From Laetmonice hystrix (Eukaryota), in the NCBI GenBank assembly GCA_965235115.1, contig OZ249436.1, positions 27,468,001 to 27,532,000 on the forward strand: a DNA stretch of 64,000 nucleotides. Direction: 5' to 3'. Shown here in pieces: positions 1 through 11,635 of this stretch (the stretch's first letter is position 1; each line of letters opens with the position of its first letter). The translations under genes were made by a program, and so were the position numbers. The notes below the pieces were generated by a model. The model made no database searches. It worked only from the letters and a program-made list of their open reading frames with translations, and was not told the origin of the DNA.

Positions 1-910
1 TCGTGCCAAGTTGTTGACTGATGCTACCAGTCCTCGATCCTCAGGAATAATGCAGCAGGAGAGATGACAAATGAGTTTCTACGTCCTCCTCCTCCTCCTC
101 CCACCATTCTCCTCCTCCACCACCATCGTCCTCCTCCACCGTTCTCCTCACGGTGCTGATGCTGAAGCAGACTCGCCCGCCCAGCGCTGCATAGATTGGA
201 TGCTTTCAGCCGTGTTGACTCACCAGGGATTGCTCCACTGAGTGGAGCTGATCCACTTGGTCAGCCCATGGTCATCTCATGGTCACCACTTGAGTATGCA
301 ATGTGAATTATGGAGACCTTTTACCGTGGCATCCATTACGGCTGCATCTGGATGGAGATTGCCTCATAGAGCGTTGCGCTGCTGATGGATGGCTGGCAGG
401 GCTGGCAGGCCGGGCGGCTGGCCGACCGACCAGGCTGTCAGCAGAGATTCTGATATTACACCCCGACTTGACACGTATGGCTTTCACGTAGGCGCTGCTC
501 CGTTGGCTGGAGAGATGTTTGCTCTGTGGTAGTATTGTTGAAAGGTGGGGTGGGAGGGGAGTGTACGTGAGGAGAGAAAAAATGGAGTAAAGGGTGAAGG
601 AAGGGGAGGAGATAGCGAATGGTTGGTTGGCTGTATGCCGCCCACCCCACCGGCCGGACGCGGCTGGCTGGCCCGCCCTCAAGTAGTCAATCCTAATCCT
701 ATCTGTCATTGACCAGCCGACCCTGCGGCTCTGGTAGAGGCCTGATCTGGCTACCACCTGCCCCCTCCCACCCCGTCCCCCACACACCGTGCCCTCCACT
801 GACCAGGCCGCCACAAGGCCAGGCGCCACACTCGGCATGTAATATGCCATAATTCCTGATCAAACAGGCCAGTCAGATGTCAAGCCTCGCTCTAATTCCT
901 CATCCCCTCC

Positions 911-1737
911 CCACCCCACCCACCGGCCTCCCCTCCCCAGCCGTGCACCACCCCACCCACCGGCCTCCCCGCCCCAGCCGTGCACCACCCCACCCACCGG
1001 CCTCTCCTCCCCAGCCGTGCACCACCCCACCCACCGGCCTCCCCGCCCCAGCCGTGCACCACCCCACCCACCGGCCTCCCCGCCCCAGCCGTGCACCACC
1101 CCACCCACCGGCCTCCCGTCCCCAGCCGTGCACCACCCCACCCACCGGCCTCCCTTCCCCAGCCGTGCACCACCCACCCACCGGCCTCCCCTCCCCAGCC
1201 GTGCACCACCCCACCCACCGGCCTCCCCTCCCCAGCCGTGCACCACCCACCCACCGGCCTCTCCTCCCCAGCCGTGCACCACCCCATCCACCGGCCTCTC
1301 CTCCCCAGCCGTGCACCACCCCACCCACCGGCCTCCCTTCCCCAGCCGTGCACCACCCACCCACCGGCCTCCCCTCCCCAGCCGTGCACCACCCACCCAC
1401 CGGCCTCCCCTCCCCAGCCGTGCACCACCCCACCCACCGGCCTCCCCTCCCCAGCCGTGCACCACCCACCCACCGGCCTCCCCTCCCCAGCCGTGCACCA
1501 CCCCATCCACCGGCCTCCCGTCCCCAGCCGTGCACCACCCCACCCACCGGCCTCCCCTCCCCAGCCGTGCACCACCCCACCCACCGGCCTCCCCTCCCCA
1601 GCCGTGCACCACCCCACCCACCGGCCTCCCCTCCCCAGCCGTGCACCACCCCACCCACCGGCCTCCCCTCCCCAGCCGTGCACCACCCCACCCACCGGCC
1701 TCCCCTCCCCAGCCGTGCACCACCCCACCCACCGGCG
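911..1737. repeat. Minisatellite, 37-bp unit (some 36 bp), ~22 copies, C-rich on + strand
   Basis: Unit CCACCCACCGGCCTCCCCTCCCCAGCCGTGCACCACC repeated head-to-tail with few substitutions. It explains the six overlapping low-complexity ORFs here. Confidence 0.98.
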
Positions 1738-4700
1738 TCCACCGCCAATCTCATACCAGCTTAATCTTCGCTGGGAAATCACAACCTAGCAGTTCACGGG
1801 GTGGGGTGGGGGTCGTACCCCACAACATCGATATAATATATAATTATAACATATCTAATGTCCTTTTTATCGGACACAATATTTACAGTGGACAGAAATA
1901 CGTTGCACGGGAAAAATGACCACTGGTTTGATTTGACCGTGGTGTTGGCTGGTGTGCAGTGTCCAGGGGGCATGGGAGGAGGGAGGGTGGCTGGTGGCCG
2001 CCTGTCCGCCGTCGGGAGCAGACCTGCTGGCCGGGAGGGAGGAGGGAGGGGGCGGGCGGGGAGCGCTGCCGGCTAGCGGCTGGTTAGTTATTGTAGTGGC
2101 GGATACATGCCTGGCGCTGTGGCCAACCACATCAATCTACACAATGAATGTCAATTGGAACAAATAGAAACCATCATTTCCTTCAGCCACTCATGTAATA
2201 GTGCCGATTCGGCCCCATATGAAATGACCGTATATTATGGGCGAGGATATTTTCTTATCGTATTGGGAGGCCATGTCAGTTCTTGTTATTAGTTCACTTT
2301 TTTTATTACAGAGAGCATGCCGAGTCGTAGCCAGGAACAATAGTTTTACCTGTCCATTTAATTATTTTAACAGTTTCGTTTTTTATGCCGCGTACTATTT
2401 GTGTGTATGAAAGAAAATGATTATTCATTAGTTTCCAGACTAATTAGAAGTTCCAGGTTTTTAGACTGACAACATGTTTATTTTGTTCAGACACACTCAG
2501 GTAAAATAACAACGATGTACCATTCTTGTAAACCGTAGCCCAAAGCAGCCTGGGCCAGTTTACTGAGTGCAACAGCGGGTGGTTGTAAATACCCGAAAGA
2601 CGTCGAGACCTTCGTGCATGGAGGGTTGATTAAAAAAAATGACAGAATGGCGAGCACGGTTGGAGGTGCGGCCTTGGATGGGTGCTCGAGGAACATCCGA
2701 GCGCCCGCTAAAATTGACCTTATCACGGAGTAACTACTAACCGCCGATCGATATTGGCCGTCATGTTGACAAACCGCCGACTAGCAGCAAACTGAAGTGT
2801 TTATACCATCGTTACTACAGTCAAAATACGCTGCCTGGCAACCAAGCGTCTCTCAAACAGCTGCGCCCGTCTGGGTAGCAGCAACTCCCTGGCACAGATT
2901 TAAATTGAAGGCATTAATGAACACTAATTAAATAATGCCAGTAATTAACTGTTCTTAATCAGCTAATGAAGGCTGATGGAGTAACGATCTAACATGGTGG
3001 TGGTTGGTGGTGGTGGTCGTTTCCTACTTTCCACCAGGTTACAGTGTGTTCCGTTGCAAACAAGGCCAGTCGAGCCGGCGTTGGCGATTGTAATATGGAG
3101 AGGGGGGGGGGTAGAAAGGAGACAGCGCTAAGGATGTAATCAACTCTCTGACGCGTGTAGCAATCTGCGGATTGTATTTAAAACTGGAGGACAGTTCTTT
3201 ATCAGCCCCCATGTCTGCTACGATCTTAATGGATCCATTGAAGTTGGCCGTGTAGTAGGAGGTGGAGAGGAAAGAAACAGTTGTGTTAATCTTGGTCTCT
3301 AGCTTTGATGGCTGATCTAATGAGCTGGCTAGGAGCTTCAGTTTGTGATGGTCGACCATCTATCATTCCATTGTCCTACTCGTACGGCTGCCTCATCGCT
3401 ATTGCTGGATTGCAACCATTATGGCGGCCATAGAAATGAGTGAAGCCCGAATATGAGATATAAAAAAACTGCTATCGGTGCAGCGCAGCGCTGCTTAAAA
3501 TGCATTAGCGTTTAAAAGTGAATGGCTTGGCTCTGGACAGAGAAATTCAATGCATCCATTAAGTCTGAAATGCGAAGGCAGATTTCACAGCCGACTCAAA
3601 CCAAATTGGAAATATTTGTAATACCCTTTACAGCCTTAATGTTTCCCCCGAACACAGTGTGCTTCATAAATAATGTGCATACGCTGTGTTTGGTTGGTGG
3701 GTGGGGGGTGGTAGGGGGCTGGTGTAGCCACTGTATACAAGTTGGGTTGGCTGATGTCTCCAGCTCGGGTATGGGGACGCCTGACGGTGACAAGATGATC
3801 TGGAGGACCAGAGAGGGACTGGGGGGGGTAGAGTCGACCATGCCGGGTCGGCACCGTGCCGCATCACATTCAGAGGGACAAATTGTGTCGTTATTATGCA
3901 AATCACCCGCATTGTCGTCACAGGCTGGCCCGCCGGAGCCCGATGCAAATCAGAAGATGTAATTATTTATGATGTAAGTGCGGGCGCATGACAGGGCATT
4001 GAAGCAAGTCATTACACCAAGTGACATGCTTCAACAACCATCCAGCCAGCCCCGTCTCCAGATCGCAAGTCTTGCGTTGCACACCCAGCGTCCTGTAATC
4101 ATAGGTCGGAGGTGGACTAAACGAGTTTGGGAGACAGAAAAGTCGTGTCGGTCGGTCGTATGTTGCACATTGTGAGCCAGTCTCTGGTGCTTGCCAGGTC
4201 AGTGATTGGGAACCATCCATCAAACGCGATGGCTTTTGCGGTGATGATGAATAACTTGGGACAGTGTCCCAAATGGTGGTGGCGCACGGTATGCTGTCCC
4301 AAGTCGCCATCATTACTACGTGTCCTGCAAACTGAAGGCCCTGAACGAGATGGAAATCACCATATTGTACATGAAAGACCAGTCGTTAAGTCCGAGGTTT
4401 CCCATCGCAAAACATAACACGGAAATGCAATATGAATCAAGGAACGGTTGCTAGGTTACACACAGATTGAGGGAATGGGCAGAGATCTCGGAAGTGAAGT
4501 CCCACTTTTTATTCTCATGGAAAAAGTCACGCTTCCATACATTATATATTCTGGTACTGACATTACGGGAAAGCAATTTACTGACAATTTGACACATACA
4601 CAAATGATTATACCCACATCATTTACCGGTGCAGACCCCGGGCCATGCCCCCAGCCCCCCCCCCCCCCCCCCCCCCCCCCAGATCCTGGAAGCCAGTAAA

Positions 4701-6011
4701 TAAACACTTAGAACCCATTACGGTCGGCGCTATCGAGAGCATTATGACTGATGTTAGCACGTCATGTAAGTGGCCTGGCACACATTGCCTATTGAAACAC
4801 ACCTGCCAACTAAAGGCCTGTTCCGTGTTGTAACGAGAACGTTACAGACGCTGTCAAAGTGCCCCCAAGGTCTGCCGGGCCGAGCAGGCAGCCAGAGCGG
4901 CTGGTTTTTTCTAACCTTAGCCGGTATTGTGTTTCGCTCATTTGTCACACAATGCTAATGTTTTATACATATACTGGCAGTTGTTAGGTCAGGTTGTTGG
5001 GCACGGCAGGCTTCAATCCATGAGCTCAATCATTCTTCTGAGGTGATGCGTTCAAGTACAGCACAAGGGTGAAACGGTCGTTGTCATTCTCCCCAGAGGC
5101 AGGGAGAGCAGAGATGTCAACATCTGAGGCCACTCTGGAATTCAAACTAGTTTTTTTACGTCTAAGCAGGGGCAGACTCTACACAATTAAGTCTACTCAG
5201 TGAGAATTAGCATTTGACCTTTTTGGCAATGAAAAATACTCTCACTGCGTGATATGTAACGATATTTGGTGTCTTTTTTTCTAAATGCTCTATGTTTTAG
5301 TTTTTATGAGCCACGCGTTAGTCATATTTATCTCTGTAGTGTTGTGTTTGATGCAGCCAGCTAGAAACATTATATAGACACGCCTGGTATCTGTCTACAC
5401 AAGACTTAGTCAACCAGTATTTCTACCTGTTTTTAGATTCTAATCAACACGGAGGAGTCGAGTGTTTAGGTAAATTGTAATGGATTGCCTTGTCTGAGTT
5501 AGTGAGAGAGGAAATCCTGAGGCTGTTTAGATTATGGATAATTTGCTTATCTTCTGTTACCAGTTGAAGAGTGAGAAAAAATGCACATTAATCATGTAGC
5601 ACTGGGAATTAGACGTTGTAGAGGGGCACTGACAGGGCACTTACTATAACTACCGGCACATTATCTCTAGTCAAGGTGGCCCTCGGCCTTGTCTAACCTG
5701 GCAAACAGCTAGGTATAAATGAAAGACATATGAGATATAACTCCCCAACCCCCCACCCCGGCCTCCCCTCAATGCACAGAGGGTGTTATGTATACTAATA
5801 GACACCTCGGTGACCGGGTTTCTTGAGAAGTCAACTGCCTATACCCCCAGGGGTACAACCAGCCATGCCGGTTGGGTACCCCCTCTCTATCCCTGGGGCT
5901 GACAGGGGGATATGGAGTAAGGAGTTTGAATAATTCATACTGCAAGCAACCATCTTGCTATTATAGGGCGAACTGCCGACCTGAGTGAATGACGGCCGTG
6001 TCGATCACAGC

Positions 6012-6956
6012 GGAGGGGGATGGTAGACCGTCCGCCCGGACCTGGAGGGGGACCGTCCGCCCGGGCCCTGGAGGTGGGGGGAGGGGGTAGACCGTCCGCC
6101 CGGACACTGGGCCCTGGAGGGGGGACCGTCCGCCCGGACACCGGGCCCTGGAGGGGGACCGGACACCGGGCCCTGGAGGGGGGACCGTCCGCCCGGACAC
6201 CGGGCCCTGGAGGGGGGACCGTCCGCCCGGACACCGGGCCTTGGAGGGGGGACCTCCTCCCGGACACCGGGCCCTGGAGGGGGGACCGTCCGCCCGGACA
6301 CCCGGCCCTGGAGGTGGGACCGTCCGCCCGGACACCCGGCCCTGGAGGGGGGGACCGTCTGCCCGGACACCGGGCACTGTAGGGGGGACCGTCCGCCCGG
6401 ACACCGGGCCCGGGAGGGGGGACCGACACCGTCCGCCCGGACACCCGGCCCTGGAGGTGGGGGGGGGGTAGACCGTCCGCCCGGACACCCGGCCCTGGAG
6501 GTGGGACCGTCCGCCCGGACACCCGGCCCTGGAGGTGGGGGGGGGTAGACCGTCCGCCCGGACACCGGGCCCTGGAGGGGGGACCGTCCGCCCGGACACT
6601 GGGCCCTGGAGGGGGGGACCGTCCGCCCGGACACCCGGCCCTGGAGGGGGGACCGTCCGCCCGGACACCGGGCCCTGTAGGGGGGGATCGTCCGCCCGGA
6701 CACCGGGCCCTGTAGGGGGGGGCGTCCGCCCGGACACTGGGTCCTGGAAGTTGTGGGGGGCCGCCTGGAGGGGGGACCGTCCGCCCGGACACCGGGCCCA
6801 GTAGGGGGGACCGTCCGCCCGAACACCGGGTCCTGGAGGGGGGACCGTCCGCCCGGACACCGGGCCCTGGAGGGGGGACCGTCCGCCCGGACACCGGGCC
6901 CAGTAGGGGGGACCGTCCGCCCGAACACCGGGTCCTGGAGGTTGTGGGGGGCCGCC
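6012..6956. repeat. GC-rich minisatellite, ~34-bp unit, ~27 variable copies
   Basis: Unit ACCGTCCGCCCGGACACCGGGCCCTGGAGGGGGG with variable G-run length and an internal inverted repeat GTCCG-CC-CGGAC. Confidence 0.97.
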
Positions 6957-8008
6957 GGCCCCGACAACACTACCGCAGACACCGCCTCCTGTAGACCCTC
7001 GCCATTCGTTCATAGATCATTGTCGGCGGAATGAGGCTGTGGCAGGAGGTCACAGTAAGGTGATGAGGCCAGCCTCACCGCCTCATGTTACACACTTTTA
7101 TCCTCTCAGATGAACCCCGCTCCGAAGACATCGGTGGAGCAGAGGCCGATCAGACTGCGGTTTTTTCAAAGGGTGCTCACAGCTCTGATTGAGACGGGCG
7201 TGGTGTGGCCGATTGAAGGAGGGGGGTCTGAAGTTCAGATATCACCCCCTCCCACACCCCACACCCCACCTCCACACCCAGGAGATGACTGGAGAAGACA
7301 CCTCTTGCCTATGCAGTATTCAGCAGTGCTCGTTTCCCGGTGAGAGCCTGGTTGGAGGTTGGGGGAGGGGGGGGCATGCCAGGGCCTCCGTGCCGGGTTG
7401 TAGTTACATCGCCCTCAGTGTCAAGGGATCCTTAACAAGCTCTCTACCTGAATATAATCAATGGTCTCAGCCAGCGCCCCCCCCCCCCACACACACACAC
7501 CACACATAGACCTCCGCCGCTACCATCCAGCAGGCAGGTGGGAAAGGAATGTATGTCCGCCGGGTATGCAGGCCCTGTAGGTCATCAACTTCGTGGTGTA
7601 AGACAATATAATTAAGAAAATGCAAAAAGATTAGTGTTAAGGTTAGGATTAGGGATAGGATTGTGAAGTAATATTTAAATAATACAATATCATGGACTTC
7701 ATCCTAGGAATGTAGGAGGTCGGACTTATATTTCAGGGATAGCAGGTCCATCGGACCTGCATTTCAGGGGGAATTTGAATTATGTTCACTTCCTGCCTGA
7801 GCCTCAGGCCTAACCACGCCGTAAACTCACGTTTGTCTCATGATCTGGCCATCTGTCTTTTCGCCGGTTTAATTTGTAGCAAGGCATCTTAGGTTTCCGG
7901 AGAAGCCGTTTGAGGTGGCGGTACGTTATAGAGATCGTATGACGACGTCGTGAACCAGTCGGTTCTGGTTGGTACTGTGTCCGGGTTTAAACCAGCCGGC
8001 CTCACACA

Positions 8009-8074
8009 GCGTGTGTGTGTGCGTGTGTGGGGGACGGGGGGGGGGACGGGGGGGACGGGGGGACGGGGGGGGGG
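8009..8074. repeat. (GT)n followed by (G-run AC)n G-rich simple repeat
   Basis: GTGTGTGTGT..., then several G runs separated by AC. Confidence 0.85.
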
Positions 8075-9022
8075 CTGACCCAATAAAACCCTCAATGTTG
8101 ACATCCGCCGATCATTTCGCCTTGTGAATTACGCATGGCCGATCCATTAGAACTAATTGAAATGGAAAGATTGTTGGTATTGGCTGACAAGGCAAATTAA
8201 AATAAGATTTACTCCAGGTAAAAGTGTCCCTAGTGGTAAATACACAATCCTGCCATCGGCAATTCTATTGAATGTGGCATCATGTATTGAATCTGCATCC
8301 ACAAAGAGGAGCTGGTACCCCTCAGGCCTCCAGAACAAGAACCTAGCTACCACAGCGCTGTATGACAGGCCAGTCTGTTAGTGGAGGCAGGCACCTGTCA
8401 TCTTTACACTAGAACGTTTCTTGTGTCTGAGCTGAGAACCTTCTGGCGCTGACCGACGTATCACCAGAGACAGGTAATTAATGGGGATATTTTCACAGAC
8501 TCTCGTTCTCCGATGGATTATTTTTCAGCCAGTGCCCCCCCCCCTTTTTTGGTGCGTGTTTGTGTGTGATTGATTCCCTGGGGGAGCGTGGCCCTGGCAG
8601 CATGTCAAGGGCGGGCGGGTAAGGCAGCGTGGATGGCCATTTGTTTAGCCCACCGCCCCGCCACCTTTGTTTAGGCGGTACTGTGTATCATCGCCCGTCT
8701 GTTGACTGCTGGCCTTGAACCATGTCCAAACCCGACTGTATTCTATAGAATACCAACCCAACCAGCAATGCTTTAATTGACCCGTCTACACCGTGGCAAC
8801 TTGTAATTAAAGAGAGAGAGAGAAAGAGAGAGAGAAATATGGCAGTGGTAGGATGTCCTCTTTGTGCCATTGTCGCCAAGTGTACGCCAGAATGGAGGGC
8901 CCCTCACACCGGTATTCACGTATTCCATGATCAGAGAATGTCCAGCTTTGTTGGGTTGGCACGGATGTTGGTGTCAGTGGCTCTTGTGATCTTTGGTTTT
9001 GTGAGGTGATCATTTCAGTTGT

Positions 9023-9276
9023 GGGTGACCAAAAAAAAACAGAACCCATACTAAGCCTTCTAAAATCTGTAACTCTCCATAGAAAAATATGTTCAGATTT
9101 ATATATATGCCTAATGTCCTTGCACAGTTTTAGTCAATTCCAATTCCTGGTTCGCATTTTATGCCCTGTCAAGAATATGCTCCAAATGCATAAAATCCGA
9201 ACCAGGAATTGGAATTTTAGTATGGGTTCTGTTTTTGTTTTTGTTGTTGTTTTTTTTTGAGGGGAGTCACCCTGTA
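9023..9276. mobile_element. Non-autonomous DNA transposon (MITE), Tc1/mariner-like terminus
   Basis: Inverted repeats AAAAACAGAACCCATACTAA (9035-9054) / TTAGTATGGGTTCTGTTTTT (9217-9236), plus outer GGGTGAC (9023-9029) / GTCACCCTGTA (9266-9276). The right end reads TA-CAGGGTGAC on the - strand. The left terminus is degenerate. Confidence 0.7.
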
Positions 9277-9575
9277 TTATTATTTATTGTGAACACCGAC
9301 CATGTTAAAGTACTGTAACTCGAGTTTTCAGCTAAGCTGATTATAAAGGCTGTGTATAAAGATTGCATTGCCTTAAAGGAGATCTATGTGTTTGGGACCT
9401 CTTCACAGGTGGCTGATTCTCGCTTTATGTGTACTTACAGATAAACTCGATCCTCACATCCACCAGGCGGCAAAGAAGGGGCTTCAAACGAGGCGGAGCA
9501 AATGACAGGATGGGAACGCTAGGAGAGGATTACAGCACGGCTGACCACTACTCAATATACCTTCTCTCTTTGAGA

Positions 9576-11635
9576 TAACACCCTACCACAGCCCTCCACG
9601 TCTACCCTTAACACCCTACCACGGCCCTCCACGTCTACCCTTAACACCCTACCACAGCCCTCCACGTCTACCCGTAACACCCTACCACAGCCCTCCACGT
9701 CTACCCTTAACACCCTACCACAGCCCTCCACGTCTACCCTTAACACCCTACCACAGCCCTCCACGTCTACCCTTAACACCCTACCACAGCCCTCCACGTC
9801 TACCCTTAACACCTACCACAGCCCTCCACGTCTACCCTTAACACCCTCCCACAGCCCTCCACGTCTACCCTACCACAGCCCTCCACGTCTACCCTACCAC
9901 AGCCCTCCACGTCTACCCTACCACGGCCCTCCACGTCTACCCTTAACACCCTACCACAGCCCTCCACGTCTACCCTTAACACCCTACCACAGCCCTCCAC
10001 GTCTACCCTTAACACCCTACCACAGCCCTCCACGTCTACCCTTAACACCCTACCACAGCCCTCCACGTCTACCCTTAACACCTACCACAGCCCTCCACGT
10101 CTACCCTTAACACCCTACCACAGCCCTCCACGTCTACCCTTAACACCCTACCACGGCCCTCCACGTCTACCCTTAACACCCTACCACAGCCCTCCACGTC
10201 TACCCTTAACACCCTACCACAGCCCTCCACGTCTACCCTTAACACCTACCACAGCCCTCCACGTCTACCCTTAACACCCTACCACAGCCCTCCACGTCTA
10301 CCCTTAACACCTACCACAGCCCTCCACGTCTACCCTTAACACCCTACCACAGCCCTCCACGTCTACCCTTAACACCTACCACAGCCCTCCACGTCTACCC
10401 TTAACACCCTACCACGGCCCTCCACGTCTACCCTTAACACCCTACCACAGCCCTCCACGTCTACCCTTAACACCCTACCACGGCCCTCCACGTCAACCCT
10501 TAACACCCTACCACGGCCCTCCACGTCTACCCTTAACACCTACCACGGCCCTCCACGTCTACCCTTAACACCCTACCACGGCCCTCCACGTCTACCCTTA
10601 ACACCCTACCCCAGCCCTCCAGGTCTACCCTTAACACCCTACCACGGTCCTCTAGGTCTACCCTTGAACTGAACACCCTACCACGGCCCTCCAAGTCTAC
10701 CCTTGAACTGAACACCCTACCACGGCCCTCCAAGTCTACCCTTGAACTGAACACCCTACCACGGCCCTCTACGTCTACCCTTGAACTGAACACCCTACCA
10801 CGGCCCTCTAGCTCTACCCTTGAACTGAACACCCTACCACGGCCCTCCAAGTCTACCCTTGAACTGAACACCCTACCACGGCCCTCTACGTCTACCCTTG
10901 AACTGAACACCCTACCACGGCCCTCCAAGTCTACCCTTGAACTGAACACCCTACCACGGCCCTCTACGTCTACCCTTGAACTGAACACCCTACCACGGCC
11001 CTCTACGTCTACCCTTGAACTGAACACCCTACCACGGCCCTCTAGCTCTACCCTTGAACTGAACACCCTACCACGGCCCTCTAGCTCTACCCTTGAACTG
11101 AACACCCTACCACGGCCCTTTAGTTCTACCCTTGAACTGAACACCCTACCACGGCCCTCCAAGTCTACCCTTGAACTGAACACCCTACCACGGCCCTCTA
11201 CGTCTACCCTTGAACTGAACACCCTACCACGGCCCTCTAGCTCTACCCTTGAACTGAACACCCTACCACGGCCCTCTAGCTCTACCCTTGAACTGAACAC
11301 CCTACCACGGCCCTTTAGTTCTACCCTTGAACTGAACACCCTACCACGGCCCTCCAAGTCTACCCTTGAACTGAACACCCTACCACGGCCCTTTAGTTCT
11401 ACCCTTGAACTGAACACCCTACCACGGCCCTCTAGCTCTACCCTTGAACTGAACACCCTACCACGGCCCTCCAAGTCTACCCTTGAACTGAACACTCTAC
11501 CACGGCCCTCCAAGTCTACCCTACCACGGCCATTCCTACCACGGCCCTCCAAGTCTACCCTTGAACTGAACACCCTACCACGGCCCTCCAAGTCTACCCT
11601 ACCACGGCTCTCCCTACCACGGCCCTCCATGTCTA
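9576..11635. repeat. Compound minisatellite: 33-bp unit domain (9576-~10660), then 39-bp unit domain (~10661-11635)
   Basis: CCCTACCACAGCCCTCCACGTCTACCCTTAACA (33 bp, with 24- and 32-bp variants) changes to CCCTACCACGGCCCTCCAAGTCTACCCTTGAACTGAACA (39 bp). Confidence 0.98.

Noticed and set aside
860..1919. Six overlapping Pro/His- or Gly/Trp-rich ORFs of 270-300 aa
   Set aside because: Read-through of a stop-free 36/37-bp repeat in all six frames; unit length is mostly not a multiple of 3.
5935..7034. Collagen-like or Pro/Gly-rich ORFs of 320-350 aa
   Set aside because: GC-rich minisatellite with variable G runs; no Gly-X-Y periodicity and frames shift constantly.
7620..7770. Telomere-like GGTTAGG tract with short TCGGAC repeats; similar short GGGAC repeats at 12843-13010
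   Set aside because: Too short and degenerate for an interstitial telomere. Probably transposon debris that I cannot classify.
10533..11630. 365-aa minus-strand RG-rich ORF (EGRGRVFSSRVDL)n
   Set aside because: Consists entirely of the 39-bp repeat, with no unique domain or supporting gene structure.
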